From: Oligoflexales bacterium
GTDB lineage: Bacteria > Bdellovibrionota_B > Oligoflexia > Oligoflexales > RGVZ01
Reading direction: 5' to 3'
NCBI GenBank assembly: GCA_947479535.1
Contig: CANJZQ010000001.1
Location: forward strand, 142,324-206,323
DNA: 64,000 nt
A program made the translations under genes and the position numbers. The notes beneath the pieces were generated by a model. The model had not been told where the DNA came from. It did no database searches and was given only the letters and a program-made list of their open reading frames with translations. This document shows positions 36,202-44,116 of this stretch, piece by piece (positions within the stretch are counted from its first letter, which is position 1; every line of letters starts with the position of its first letter).

Positions 36202-37406
36202 AGGCTTTTAGCGTCATTCTAATGCTTTCTTTTTCGTTGCACCTTGCCTCCTGCGAGATTCTGCGGCGTGGAGCCGTGAGTCTTCTGTCGTCCGAACAAC
36301 CCCCGTCCAGTTCAATGAATGCAGGGTTGGCTGTTTTGTCTGCGAGCGAAATGCCCGATGACAAAAGCCACGCTCTCAAACTGGAGCCCGTTGCTGGTGG
36401 ATTTGAAGGCATTACGGATGTCCAGTTTCTTCCGGGCCAGGCCATGCAGGTTGTGGTTCTTCAAAAAAATGGCACGGCGTTTTTAGTGAACCTGAAGGAT
36501 GGTGTGAGGGCAAAATTATTTAGCCTCAATGTGGCCACCACATCCGAGCTAGGGCTTTTGGGATTTGCATTTCATCCAGCGTTTTACGAGTCAAAGAAAT
36601 TTTATGTTCATTACAACCCGAAGAGTGATCTTTCCCGTGTAACTGAGTGGGAGTGGACTGAAGGTGGCAGTCCAGCAACGATTGCTTGCAAGGAAAAACG
36701 GGTCATATTTGAAGTTAAACAACCATACCAAAATCATAATGGCGGCAGTTTGGTTTTTGGACCTGACCGCAAGCTTTACATTGGTTTAGGTGATGGGGGG
36801 TGGAGGGGAGACCCGGAAAATAGAGCGCAAGATTTCGGGTCTTTGTTGGGAAAGATGCTCAGGATTGATGTCGAACAAACGATTGATGGTAAATATCTCC
36901 CTGAGATCTTCGCGTCTGGACTTCGAAATCCATGGAAATACTCATTTGACTCCAAGGGCAGGTTGGTGGCCGGTGATGTTGGGCAAGACAAATGGGAGGA
37001 GATAACCTTCGTAGAGAAGGGCGCAAATCTCGGTTGGCGGATTTACGAAGGGTCCCATTGTTACGATCCGCCCCAAGATTGTGAGAAAGTCGTCCGCAAT
37101 CTAGTTGGCCCCATCGCAGAATACGATCACGCGTTGGGGGTTAGTGTGACCGGAGGCTTTGAATACAGTGGCTCATCGTTGCCGTCCCTGAAAGGTAGAT
37201 ACCTGTTTGGTGATTTTGCAACAGGAAGGATCTGGAGCATTGTGTTGCCAGAAAAGACTCCGGTTCGCCCGCTCTCTGGTAAGAACCTTCGATACCACGG
37301 CAGATGGCCGGTTCTGATCTCTACGTTTGCAAAGGATTCAGCTGGTGAAATATATGTCGCAGATTATTCCGGTGGTAACATTTACCGGATTGCTTCCGTC
37401 AATTAA
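36198..37406 (+). CDS. PQQ-dependent sugar (glucose/sorbosone-type) dehydrogenase lipoprotein
   Basis: TTG 36198 overlaps the MFS stop (TTGA) and gives (M)KAFSVILMLSFSLHLASC (lipobox). Motifs LLGFAFHPAF, HNGGSLVFGPDRKLYIGLGDGG, GLRNPWKYSFD and AGDVGQDKWEEI. Confidence 0.8.
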   Translation: MKAFSVILMLSFSLHLASCEILRRGAVSLLSSEQPPSSSMNAGLAVLSASEMPDDKSHALKLEPVAGGFEGITDVQFLPGQAMQVVVLQKNGTAFLVNLKDGVRAKLFSLNVATTSELGLLGFAFHPAFYESKKFYVHYNPKSDLSRVTEWEWTEGGSPATIACKEKRVIFEVKQPYQNHNGGSLVFGPDRKLYIGLGDGGWRGDPENRAQDFGSLLGKMLRIDVEQTIDGKYLPEIFASGLRNPWKYSFDSKGRLVAGDVGQDKWEEITFVEKGANLGWRIYEGSHCYDPPQDCEKVVRNLVGPIAEYDHALGVSVTGGFEYSGSSLPSLKGRYLFGDFATGRIWSIVLPEKTPVRPLSGKNLRYHGRWPVLISTFAKDSAGEIYVADYSGGNIYRIASVN

Positions 37407-37606
37407 TCCAGTTAACTGAGGTCGCTCGTCAAAAAGCCGCCGCTTGCATTTTGACACTGGGACAAAATTGCCCAATCCGTAATCTGACGGACGCTGTCAA
37501 TATTCTGCCGCCACAGTTGGTAAAATATTTTTTTTCCCAAAAATCAGCAGTCGTTGCGGCGCGCTTTTTGTCACTTTCCCAGTGCGAGCACCCGGCGCCA
37601 GGGACT

Positions 37607-37622
37607 TGGCCTGGACTTTGCT
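37607..37622 (+). promoter_or_regulatory. Sigma54 (-24/-12) promoter of the flgF operon
   Basis: TGGCCTGGACTTTGCT has GG and GC elements at exactly the consensus TGGCACG-N4-TTGCW spacing. It lies ~60 nt upstream of the flgF ATG. Confidence 0.6.
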
Positions 37623-37681
37623 TTAACAGGTTGAACGGTTAAACCTGATTGCCAAAGAACGCCACTGATAGAGGTCATCCG

Positions 37682-38470
37682 ATGCTTCACGGGATTTACA
37701 CGCCACTTTCCGGTGCCCTGGCGCAGGAGCGTGTGCTGGAAGTCATCGCCAACAACCTGGCGAACGTGAATACCAATGCCTTTAAAGGAGATAATATCTC
37801 CTTCAAGTTGCTTGAGAGTGAGCCGGAAAGAAATTATGCGAGCCCTCTTCCGCCGGCAAACTTCAAAGTAAACCTTGAAGAGTACATGCCATTCAGGGGC
37901 AATGAGATCGCTTTCGTCGGAGTTGCTGATATCGACCGGGACGTCAGTCAGGGTCCGGCCGTCGAAACAAAGGATCCCACGGATTTAATGATCGACGGCG
38001 AAGGACTCTTTGCGGTCCAGACCCAGGATGGTGTGCGTTACACCCGCAGCGGTGATTTTAAAATCAGTCCAGATGGTGTGTTGATGACGTCTTCGGGTCA
38101 TCCCGTTATGGGTGAGCGTGGAAATATCTTTATCCGATCGAATTCTTTCGAAGTGAACCCCCGCGGAGAAATCTACCAGGATGGTGAGTTGGTTGACCGG
38201 GTGAAAGTCTTCGAGTTCGCCGATCAGAAACAGCTGGAACGCACCGGCGACAATTACTTTGTTTTTGGTGGGCCTGATTCTGACCGGACGGTTGCGGAAA
38301 ATTCGACGGTCCGGCAGGGCTATCTTGAAGGATCAAACGTAAACGCGATGAAGAATCTCGCAGCGATGATCATCGCTCATCGCTCTTATGAGGCTTATCA
38401 GAAAGCGATTTCGAATTACGACAAGATGCTGGAAAAAGGCTCGAATTCAATTGGTGAAGTCAGGGCGTGA
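37682..38470 (+). CDS. flgF: Flagellar basal-body rod protein FlgF
   Basis: N-terminal MLHGIYTPLSGALAQERVLEVIANNLANVNTNAFK and C-terminal GYLEGSNVNAMKNLAAMIIAHRSYEAYQKAI rod-protein motifs. Confidence 0.85.
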   Translation: MLHGIYTPLSGALAQERVLEVIANNLANVNTNAFKGDNISFKLLESEPERNYASPLPPANFKVNLEEYMPFRGNEIAFVGVADIDRDVSQGPAVETKDPTDLMIDGEGLFAVQTQDGVRYTRSGDFKISPDGVLMTSSGHPVMGERGNIFIRSNSFEVNPRGEIYQDGELVDRVKVFEFADQKQLERTGDNYFVFGGPDSDRTVAENSTVRQGYLEGSNVNAMKNLAAMIIAHRSYEAYQKAISNYDKMLEKGSNSIGEVRA

Positions 38471-38537
38471 TTTCAAGGGCAATTCTGATTCATTGAATCT
38501 GTGACGGCCCCGCGACGGGGTGATGGAGGTATCGATT

Positions 38538-39317
38538 ATGATGCGCTCATTGTTGACTGCTGCAACTGGTATGGAATCGCAGCAAACAAACATTGACACG
38601 ATCGCCAACAACTTGGCCAACGTGAATACCAATGCGTTCAAGCGCTCACGCGCAAACTTCCACGATCTTCTGTATCAGACGGTACGTGCGGCGGGTCAAA
38701 GCGCGACCACGGGCACAGTGGTGCCAAGTGGAATTCAGATTGGCGCGGGTTCAAGGCTTGCCTCCGTAGACAAGCTTTTCACGGAGGGTGGCATCAAGGT
38801 AACGGAGCGGAACCTCGATTTTATGATCGAAGGGCAAGGCTTTTTCCGCATTCAAAAAGATGACGGGACGATTGGGTACACGCGTGACGGTCACCTGGAC
38901 AAAGACAATACCGGGCGTCTAGTGACCTCGGACGGGTTTCCTCTTGTTCCAGAGATTACCATTCCGCAAAACGCGACGGATCTCAATGTCGGAATGGATG
39001 GGATTGTTACGGTAAAGGTGGATGGAGAGACTCAAGAGCTTGGCCAAGTTCAGGTTGCAACATTTATTAATCCTGCTGGCCTTCAGTCAGCAGGGCGTAA
39101 CTTATACAGCCCGACGCGCGCCAGCGGTGAGCCGGTGGTTGGCAATCCCAATCAGGGGGGCGTTGGACGGATTGCGCAGTATCAATTGGAAAACTCCAAC
39201 GTGAACATTGTGGAAGAAATGGTGAACATGATCACCGGGCAGCGAGCCTATGAAATCAACTCCAAGGTTATATCAACCAGTGATCAGATGTTGCAGACAA
39301 CCAATAACGTCCGGTGA
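38538..39317 (+). CDS. flgG: Flagellar distal rod protein FlgG
   Basis: MMRSLLTAATGMESQQTNIDTIANNLANVNTNAFKRSR.. and ..YQLENSNVNIVEEMVNMITGQRAYEINSKVI. 259 aa. Confidence 0.92.
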   Translation: MMRSLLTAATGMESQQTNIDTIANNLANVNTNAFKRSRANFHDLLYQTVRAAGQSATTGTVVPSGIQIGAGSRLASVDKLFTEGGIKVTERNLDFMIEGQGFFRIQKDDGTIGYTRDGHLDKDNTGRLVTSDGFPLVPEITIPQNATDLNVGMDGIVTVKVDGETQELGQVQVATFINPAGLQSAGRNLYSPTRASGEPVVGNPNQGGVGRIAQYQLENSNVNIVEEMVNMITGQRAYEINSKVISTSDQMLQTTNNVR

Positions 39318-39351
39318 TCAAACCTGACTTTGAATTGACAGGGCATCGTCG

Positions 39352-40521
39352 ATGAGATGCGCGAGAAGAACCATTCGAATAATGCGGGCTGTGGCTTTGT
39401 TCACGGCCGGCATTTTTCTTTTTGAATTTGGGGCAGTTCTTGCGGCGGTTATCAAGTCCGCGCCTTTGCAGCCAGCATCTTCGCGTGGTGATATTGAGAA
39501 AAGTTCGGCAACATCGACGGACCATTTGCCTGTGTCGGATGAAAAATCAATCGGACTGGAATTCCGTCCTCGTGTCGAAATTGAGTCGTCGAGGGTGATG
39601 CTTGATCAGATCGCCTTCTGCGTCCCCGCGCGAACCAGGCATCATGATTGCGCTGAGATTCTCGCTGTTGATGCTGGTCCAGCGCCAGCGCCTGGAAAGA
39701 CTGCAAGAATTAGCCGGGCAGGGATTTTGGAAATTCTGACCAATGAGTTCCCCGGCACAAGGGTCGAAGTCCTCGGGCCTGAAAGTTCATTTGTAAGTTC
39801 ACGCGGAATTTCTCTGGCTGATGAGGCCCTCGCAGTTCCTTTTCGTGAACAAATCGATGAGTTGTTTTCGGGTGCTGCGGACTTTCGGATCCAGGTTTCT
39901 GGAGTTCGTATTGAATCGCGGCCCCAAGTCCGTCCAGGATCCATTAGTTGCCGCTTCGCACAGCTGGACCTTTTAAAGCGCAGGATGGCAGAGCCATCGG
40001 GTGCGTCAATTGAATCAGATCTCGAGAGTCTTCTGACGCGAATTCACAATGGCGCGCAGTTCAATGCGCAGTGCATGCAGCCAGGCACTGAGGTAGGTGA
40101 GGCCCAGTTCTACGTGCAGTTTTCGCCAAGGATTATTGTAGAGCGGCAGATGCCATTAGCCCGCAGGGATCTTGCGGCCAAGACAGTTTTTGCGGTTGAG
40201 GATTCCGTGCTGGGTTGGGTTCCCTGGACGCGGAGTGCTGGGCGCGCACTCCGTGATGCAAGCTCGTTGGCAGGCATGTCCCTGCTTCGACAGGTGCAGG
40301 CCGGTCAGATGCTGATGTTCAATGATTTCGAAAGGCCTCTTGCCGTCCGGCGTGGTGATAGCGTTCAGCTGATGCAGAAGTCTGGCGAACTAACCATCTC
40401 TGGGAACGCAATTGTGATAACCCAGGGTGCAATTGGTGAACGCATTGAAGTTCAAACAACTGCAACGAAAAAGCGCCTCCGGGCGGTTGTTCGGTCGAAC
40501 AGCGCTGTGGAGGCAATGTGA
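39352..40521 (+). CDS. flgA: Flagellar P-ring assembly chaperone FlgA (enlarged)
   Basis: C-terminal SAF-type region VRRGDSVQLMQKSGELTISGNAIVITQGAIGERIEVQTTATKKRLRAVV. Position is between flgG and flgH. N-terminal signal/anchor. 389 aa is unusually long. Confidence 0.6.
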   Translation: MRCARRTIRIMRAVALFTAGIFLFEFGAVLAAVIKSAPLQPASSRGDIEKSSATSTDHLPVSDEKSIGLEFRPRVEIESSRVMLDQIAFCVPARTRHHDCAEILAVDAGPAPAPGKTARISRAGILEILTNEFPGTRVEVLGPESSFVSSRGISLADEALAVPFREQIDELFSGAADFRIQVSGVRIESRPQVRPGSISCRFAQLDLLKRRMAEPSGASIESDLESLLTRIHNGAQFNAQCMQPGTEVGEAQFYVQFSPRIIVERQMPLARRDLAAKTVFAVEDSVLGWVPWTRSAGRALRDASSLAGMSLLRQVQAGQMLMFNDFERPLAVRRGDSVQLMQKSGELTISGNAIVITQGAIGERIEVQTTATKKRLRAVVRSNSAVEAM

Positions 40522-41546
40522 AGTTTTTCCCAATTAAATTCCTTCATCCGTTTCTGCTGTTTACGGCGGCTTTGGGTGCTGGCTGTCAGACCTCTCACGT
40601 TATTTCTGAACGCCCAGTGGATCCAGTTATCGCTGGTGTTCAGGATCAGAATCTGGTCCCTCACGGACCGGGGGCTCCAGTTCCGGAGAGGCAGGATGTC
40701 TTTCTTCGCGAACATCGTACCGTTATCTCTGAGGCGCCACGTGATCCCGATCAAACCGGGTCTCTTTTTTCCCTGGACGACTCGCGTAGCAACCTCATTG
40801 TTCACAGTCCATTGCGTGCGGGAATGCTGCTCGATATTAAAGTCTTAACATCGCGTTCGCCGGCTGCTGGAGACCAGTCGAAGGCTCAGAGGGGGTCAAG
40901 CAAGACCGGGGATGTGGGGGCCGGATCCGAAGGTTTATCTGCCGCATTGCCGAAACTTGAGCCGACGGTCGCCGGGGCGGGGCCTCTAAAGTCGTTCAAA
41001 ATGCGATTAGACTCAATCCTTCCAAACGGCGATGGGATGGTGTCGGTTACCCGGCGCTCCAGTCGGACCGGGGACTTTCATGAAGTCTATGCCAAGGCCA
41101 GGATTCCGGCAGAACAAATGATTCCCGGGGCAGAGTTGAGCACGTCGAATTTATTTGATGTTGCGTGGATGGATTTTGATGGGTCCCAAACCACGGAGCG
41201 TCATTCCACGGCTTGGGAGGACGAATATTCGCTGCGCCTCAGCGGTTTTGAGGAATTAAGGTCAAAAGAAGCTCTTGCCGTGGAGGAGGGGCGTCGCCAG
41301 GTTCAAATTGAAAAGGACAAGGTTTCGGAGGAAACGCGAAGGATGACCGACGAGCGTGCCCGGTCGGCAAAACAGCGGGATGAATTGCAGCAGAAACTTC
41401 GAGAGGCTGAGGCCAAAATCTCCGAGCTCCAGAAGGGTGCGGCCGCAGCCCTGACCAATGGCGCTCCAGCAACATCACCAGTGCCTCCAGCACCGCCAGC
41501 GGGAGCTCAAGCAGCGAATGGAGGCTCGAATGCGCAGAAGAAGTAA
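40518..41546 (+). CDS. flgH: Flagellar L-ring lipoprotein FlgH with C-terminal coiled-coil/Pro-Ala extension
   Basis: GTG overlaps the flgA stop (GTGA). Lipobox LGAGC. Motifs GSLFSLDDSRSNL..LRAGMLLDIKV and ILPNGDGMVSV fit FlgH. The last ~100 aa are a charged heptad-like region plus PVPPAPPAGAQA. Confidence 0.7.
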   Translation: MKFFPIKFLHPFLLFTAALGAGCQTSHVISERPVDPVIAGVQDQNLVPHGPGAPVPERQDVFLREHRTVISEAPRDPDQTGSLFSLDDSRSNLIVHSPLRAGMLLDIKVLTSRSPAAGDQSKAQRGSSKTGDVGAGSEGLSAALPKLEPTVAGAGPLKSFKMRLDSILPNGDGMVSVTRRSSRTGDFHEVYAKARIPAEQMIPGAELSTSNLFDVAWMDFDGSQTTERHSTAWEDEYSLRLSGFEELRSKEALAVEEGRRQVQIEKDKVSEETRRMTDERARSAKQRDELQQKLREAEAKISELQKGAAAALTNGAPATSPVPPAPPAGAQAANGGSNAQKK

Positions 41547-42567
41547 TTTCTTTCCTGGATTGATCGGCGCTGTACTTTTTTTCTCTGTGGTCGCTGGTAA
41601 GGCTCTTGGGCAAGAAGTCCGGCTGAAAGACTTGACCCAGATTCGGGGAGTCCGTACCAATCAAATTTACGGGCTTGGACTGGTTGTTGGACTTAGTGGA
41701 AGTGGTGATTCAAAAAAATCACTCGCGACCAACCGTGCTGCTGCAAATATGCTTTCGCGGCTCGGGATGCAAATGAAAGAGGATGAAATTGTCCCTGGGA
41801 CAATGGCGGTCGTGATGGTGACTGCGGACCTTCCGCCTTTTTCGCGGAACGGAAGTAAAATCAACGTCAAGGTGTCGACGGTGGGTGACGCTAAATCTCT
41901 TGCCGGGGGTAACTTGATGGTAGCCCCTTTGCGTGCCGCCGATAGTCAAATTTATGCAGTGGCTCAGGGCGGTATCGTTATTGGGAAGGCGACGGGAACT
42001 GGGGTTCAGGTCCAGACTGTGGCGATGATTCCTGACGGTGGCGTTGTTGAGCGGGAAACCTCAACTGATTTCGCTCGGGGGAGCAGCTTGGTTCTGGTGC
42101 TGAAGGAACCTGATTTCACCACAAGCCAGCGTATCTGTGACGCAATAAATTCGCATTTTCGCGGTTTTTATGCTGAAGCCGGCGACTTGTCCGCGATCAA
42201 ACTCAAAATTCCCCCTGCATACGATGGAAAAATCGTGGAATTTGTTTCTGAGTTGGAATCCTTAAAAGTCGTTGCTGATCGCCCTTCCGTTGTCGTTCTG
42301 AATGAGCGAACAGGAACGGTCGTGATGGGTGGGGATGTCCTGGTGAGTCCAGTCTCTATCTCGCATGGCGACCTTGCCATCCAGGTGGGTGGTGGCAATT
42401 CGAAGGATCCAGGCGTCAGACAAGGCATCGTAGAAATGCCCGGGACGACAGTCGCGTCTTTGATAAAATCGCTAAATGCCATGGGTGTGAAACCGGAGGA
42501 TCTTGTCAGCATCCTCCAGTCACTGAAAGTTGCTGGTGCGCTCAAGGCAGATTTGAGGGTGATGTGA
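41530..42567 (+). CDS. flgI: Flagellar P-ring protein FlgI
   Basis: ATG 41530 lies 5 nt after GGAGG. Signal peptide ..VVAGKALG/QEVRLKDLTQIRGVRTNQIYGLGLVVGLSGSGD. C-terminal LVSILQSLKVAGALKADLRVM. Overlaps flgH by 17 nt. Confidence 0.92.
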   Translation: MRRRSNFFPGLIGAVLFFSVVAGKALGQEVRLKDLTQIRGVRTNQIYGLGLVVGLSGSGDSKKSLATNRAAANMLSRLGMQMKEDEIVPGTMAVVMVTADLPPFSRNGSKINVKVSTVGDAKSLAGGNLMVAPLRAADSQIYAVAQGGIVIGKATGTGVQVQTVAMIPDGGVVERETSTDFARGSSLVLVLKEPDFTTSQRICDAINSHFRGFYAEAGDLSAIKLKIPPAYDGKIVEFVSELESLKVVADRPSVVVLNERTGTVVMGGDVLVSPVSISHGDLAIQVGGGNSKDPGVRQGIVEMPGTTVASLIKSLNAMGVKPEDLVSILQSLKVAGALKADLRVM

Positions 42568-42944
42568 TGGAAAAAATAAGCTTGGCAGTTGGGCAACCGG
42601 GTCCGCAAGAGAATGTCGGCACCAAGAAAGAACGGGCAAAGATTCGTGAGTCTGCGCAGGAATTTGAAGCGATTTTCCTTGAGACCATGCTCAAATCAAT
42701 GCGAGACAGTGTTCAAAAGAGTGGACTGATCGACGGCGGCAATGCCGAGAAAATGTATGAGTCGATGCTTGATTCAGAGTATGCGAAGCAGATGTCAGCC
42801 CAGAGCATGACTGGAATTGCAGAAAATATTGAGAAGCAATTGTTGGCATCGGCTGGTTTCAAGGAAGATCCTGCAGCTCTACGTGCAGCGAAGATGCAAG
42901 GTTTGGCTGGCTATCAGTCCGTTTCGAAAGGACAAATCCCCTGA
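42567..42944 (+). CDS. flgJ: Rod-binding protein (FlgJ N-terminal domain only)
   Basis: ESAQEFEAIFLETMLKSMRDS is the rod-binding domain motif. At 125 aa there is no muramidase domain. Confidence 0.75.
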   Translation: MEKISLAVGQPGPQENVGTKKERAKIRESAQEFEAIFLETMLKSMRDSVQKSGLIDGGNAEKMYESMLDSEYAKQMSAQSMTGIAENIEKQLLASAGFKEDPAALRAAKMQGLAGYQSVSKGQIP

Positions 42945-43046
42945 ATTGGCTTCAAGTGAAACAGACTTGAGCCTGGTCATGTTCCCGGTGTGATTGTTTC
43001 AGGTGCCAAAACAGGGGACAATAAAACAGAAAGAGAGGTGGACATC

Positions 43047-43421
43047 ATGGATACGCGCAAAATTTCAGGCAGCCATACGCCATCAGATGTCGCTGGAAAC
43101 AGGGGTGCTGGACAGACTTCGCAAGCCGGAAAAGTGCCTTCGTCGGCTGCGGGATCATCAGCAACTTTAAACAGTCCGGATGCAAAGTCGGGAATCAATG
43201 TTGCCGTGTCGCCCAAGGCACGCGAACTTGTAGATGCGCGCAAGCGCGCTTTTGAAATTGCAAAGGGTACTCCTGATATCAGGGAGAACCGTGTGGCGGA
43301 TATCAAGCGCCAGCTCCAAGCTGGGACTTATCAAGTGGATCCAGGAAAGATTGCTGACGGTATCGCACGTGAGGCTCTTCTCGAATTCATGGCAGAATCT
43401 GACGGCAAGGCCGGGCTTTAG
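43047..43421 (+). CDS. flgM: Anti-sigma-28 factor FlgM
   Basis: The C-terminal RENRVADIKRQLQAGTYQVDPGKIADGIARE matches the FlgM sigma-binding region. The N-terminus looks disordered. GAGAGGTGG SD. Confidence 0.75.
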   Translation: MDTRKISGSHTPSDVAGNRGAGQTSQAGKVPSSAAGSSATLNSPDAKSGINVAVSPKARELVDARKRAFEIAKGTPDIRENRVADIKRQLQAGTYQVDPGKIADGIAREALLEFMAESDGKAGL

Positions 43422-43466
43422 TTTTTCCAGATTTTTTTGTGGATTAACGCGTGAGGTTGATTCGTC

Positions 43467-44102
43467 ATGAGCCAGTCTGTGAACCAATTTCAGATAAATT
43501 CAAGGGGTGTGGAGAGCCTGGTGGATTTTATCACCAGCTTCCGCCACGAGCTTGGCGCGCTTGCAAGCTTGTACGGACAATTACCGGATCTGATTGCTGC
43601 GGAGCACGATGCGGTTATATCTGGAAACTTCAATTTGATCCGCCAGGCATCGGATGCAAAAATGCAGGTCTGTGATCAAATTACGACGTCTCATGAAGCC
43701 CTCCTTGAACTGTCCAGGCGTTTACCTGGGATTTCGGAGGCCGTGACCGGCCAGTTCTGCGCACAGCCAGCAACACTCTCCGCGGCCTTGAGCAGACTTG
43801 TTGATTTGGCTGAGGCAGTTACCCAGGAAAACAGCGGCGGCACAGTCCAGTCGATGACCCGAGACATGTTGCAGAGGCTTTTGGCTGGGAGCACTTCAAG
43901 TTTGGAGTTTTTTCTCGATGTCGCAGCGGCTGTGAAGCCCCGCATTGAGGCCAACCGGATCCTTCTGCAGAAACTGGCTAAAAGTTATCAGGATAGTTAT
44001 CGGTTTTGGGTTGAAATGGCTGCTGAAACACAGGCTCCATATGATGCCCGTGGTGTTCAGCGGTTTTCTTCTGTGGCATCGGGAATCCAGATCAAAGCTT
44101 AG
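43467..44102 (+). CDS. flgN: FlgN-like flagellar export chaperone (tentative)
   Basis: Helical 211-aa protein in the canonical flgM-flgN-flgK position. No strong motif was read, so the call rests mostly on synteny. Confidence 0.45.
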   Translation: MSQSVNQFQINSRGVESLVDFITSFRHELGALASLYGQLPDLIAAEHDAVISGNFNLIRQASDAKMQVCDQITTSHEALLELSRRLPGISEAVTGQFCAQPATLSAALSRLVDLAEAVTQENSGGTVQSMTRDMLQRLLAGSTSSLEFFLDVAAAVKPRIEANRILLQKLAKSYQDSYRFWVEMAAETQAPYDARGVQRFSSVASGIQIKA

Positions 44103-44116
44103 TAACCTGTTTCTTG

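Noticed and set aside
30020-37406. Lower GC as evidence that the lux-like island was horizontally acquired.
   Set aside because: Hand counts of individual 60-nt lines ranged from 38% to 68% within the island and overlapped values elsewhere. There is no reliable signal without a proper windowed calculation.
37458-37471. A second sigma54-like sequence, TGGGACAAAATTGC, upstream of flgF.
   Set aside because: The GG-to-GC spacing is 11 nt rather than the strict 12 nt. The site at 37607 fits better.
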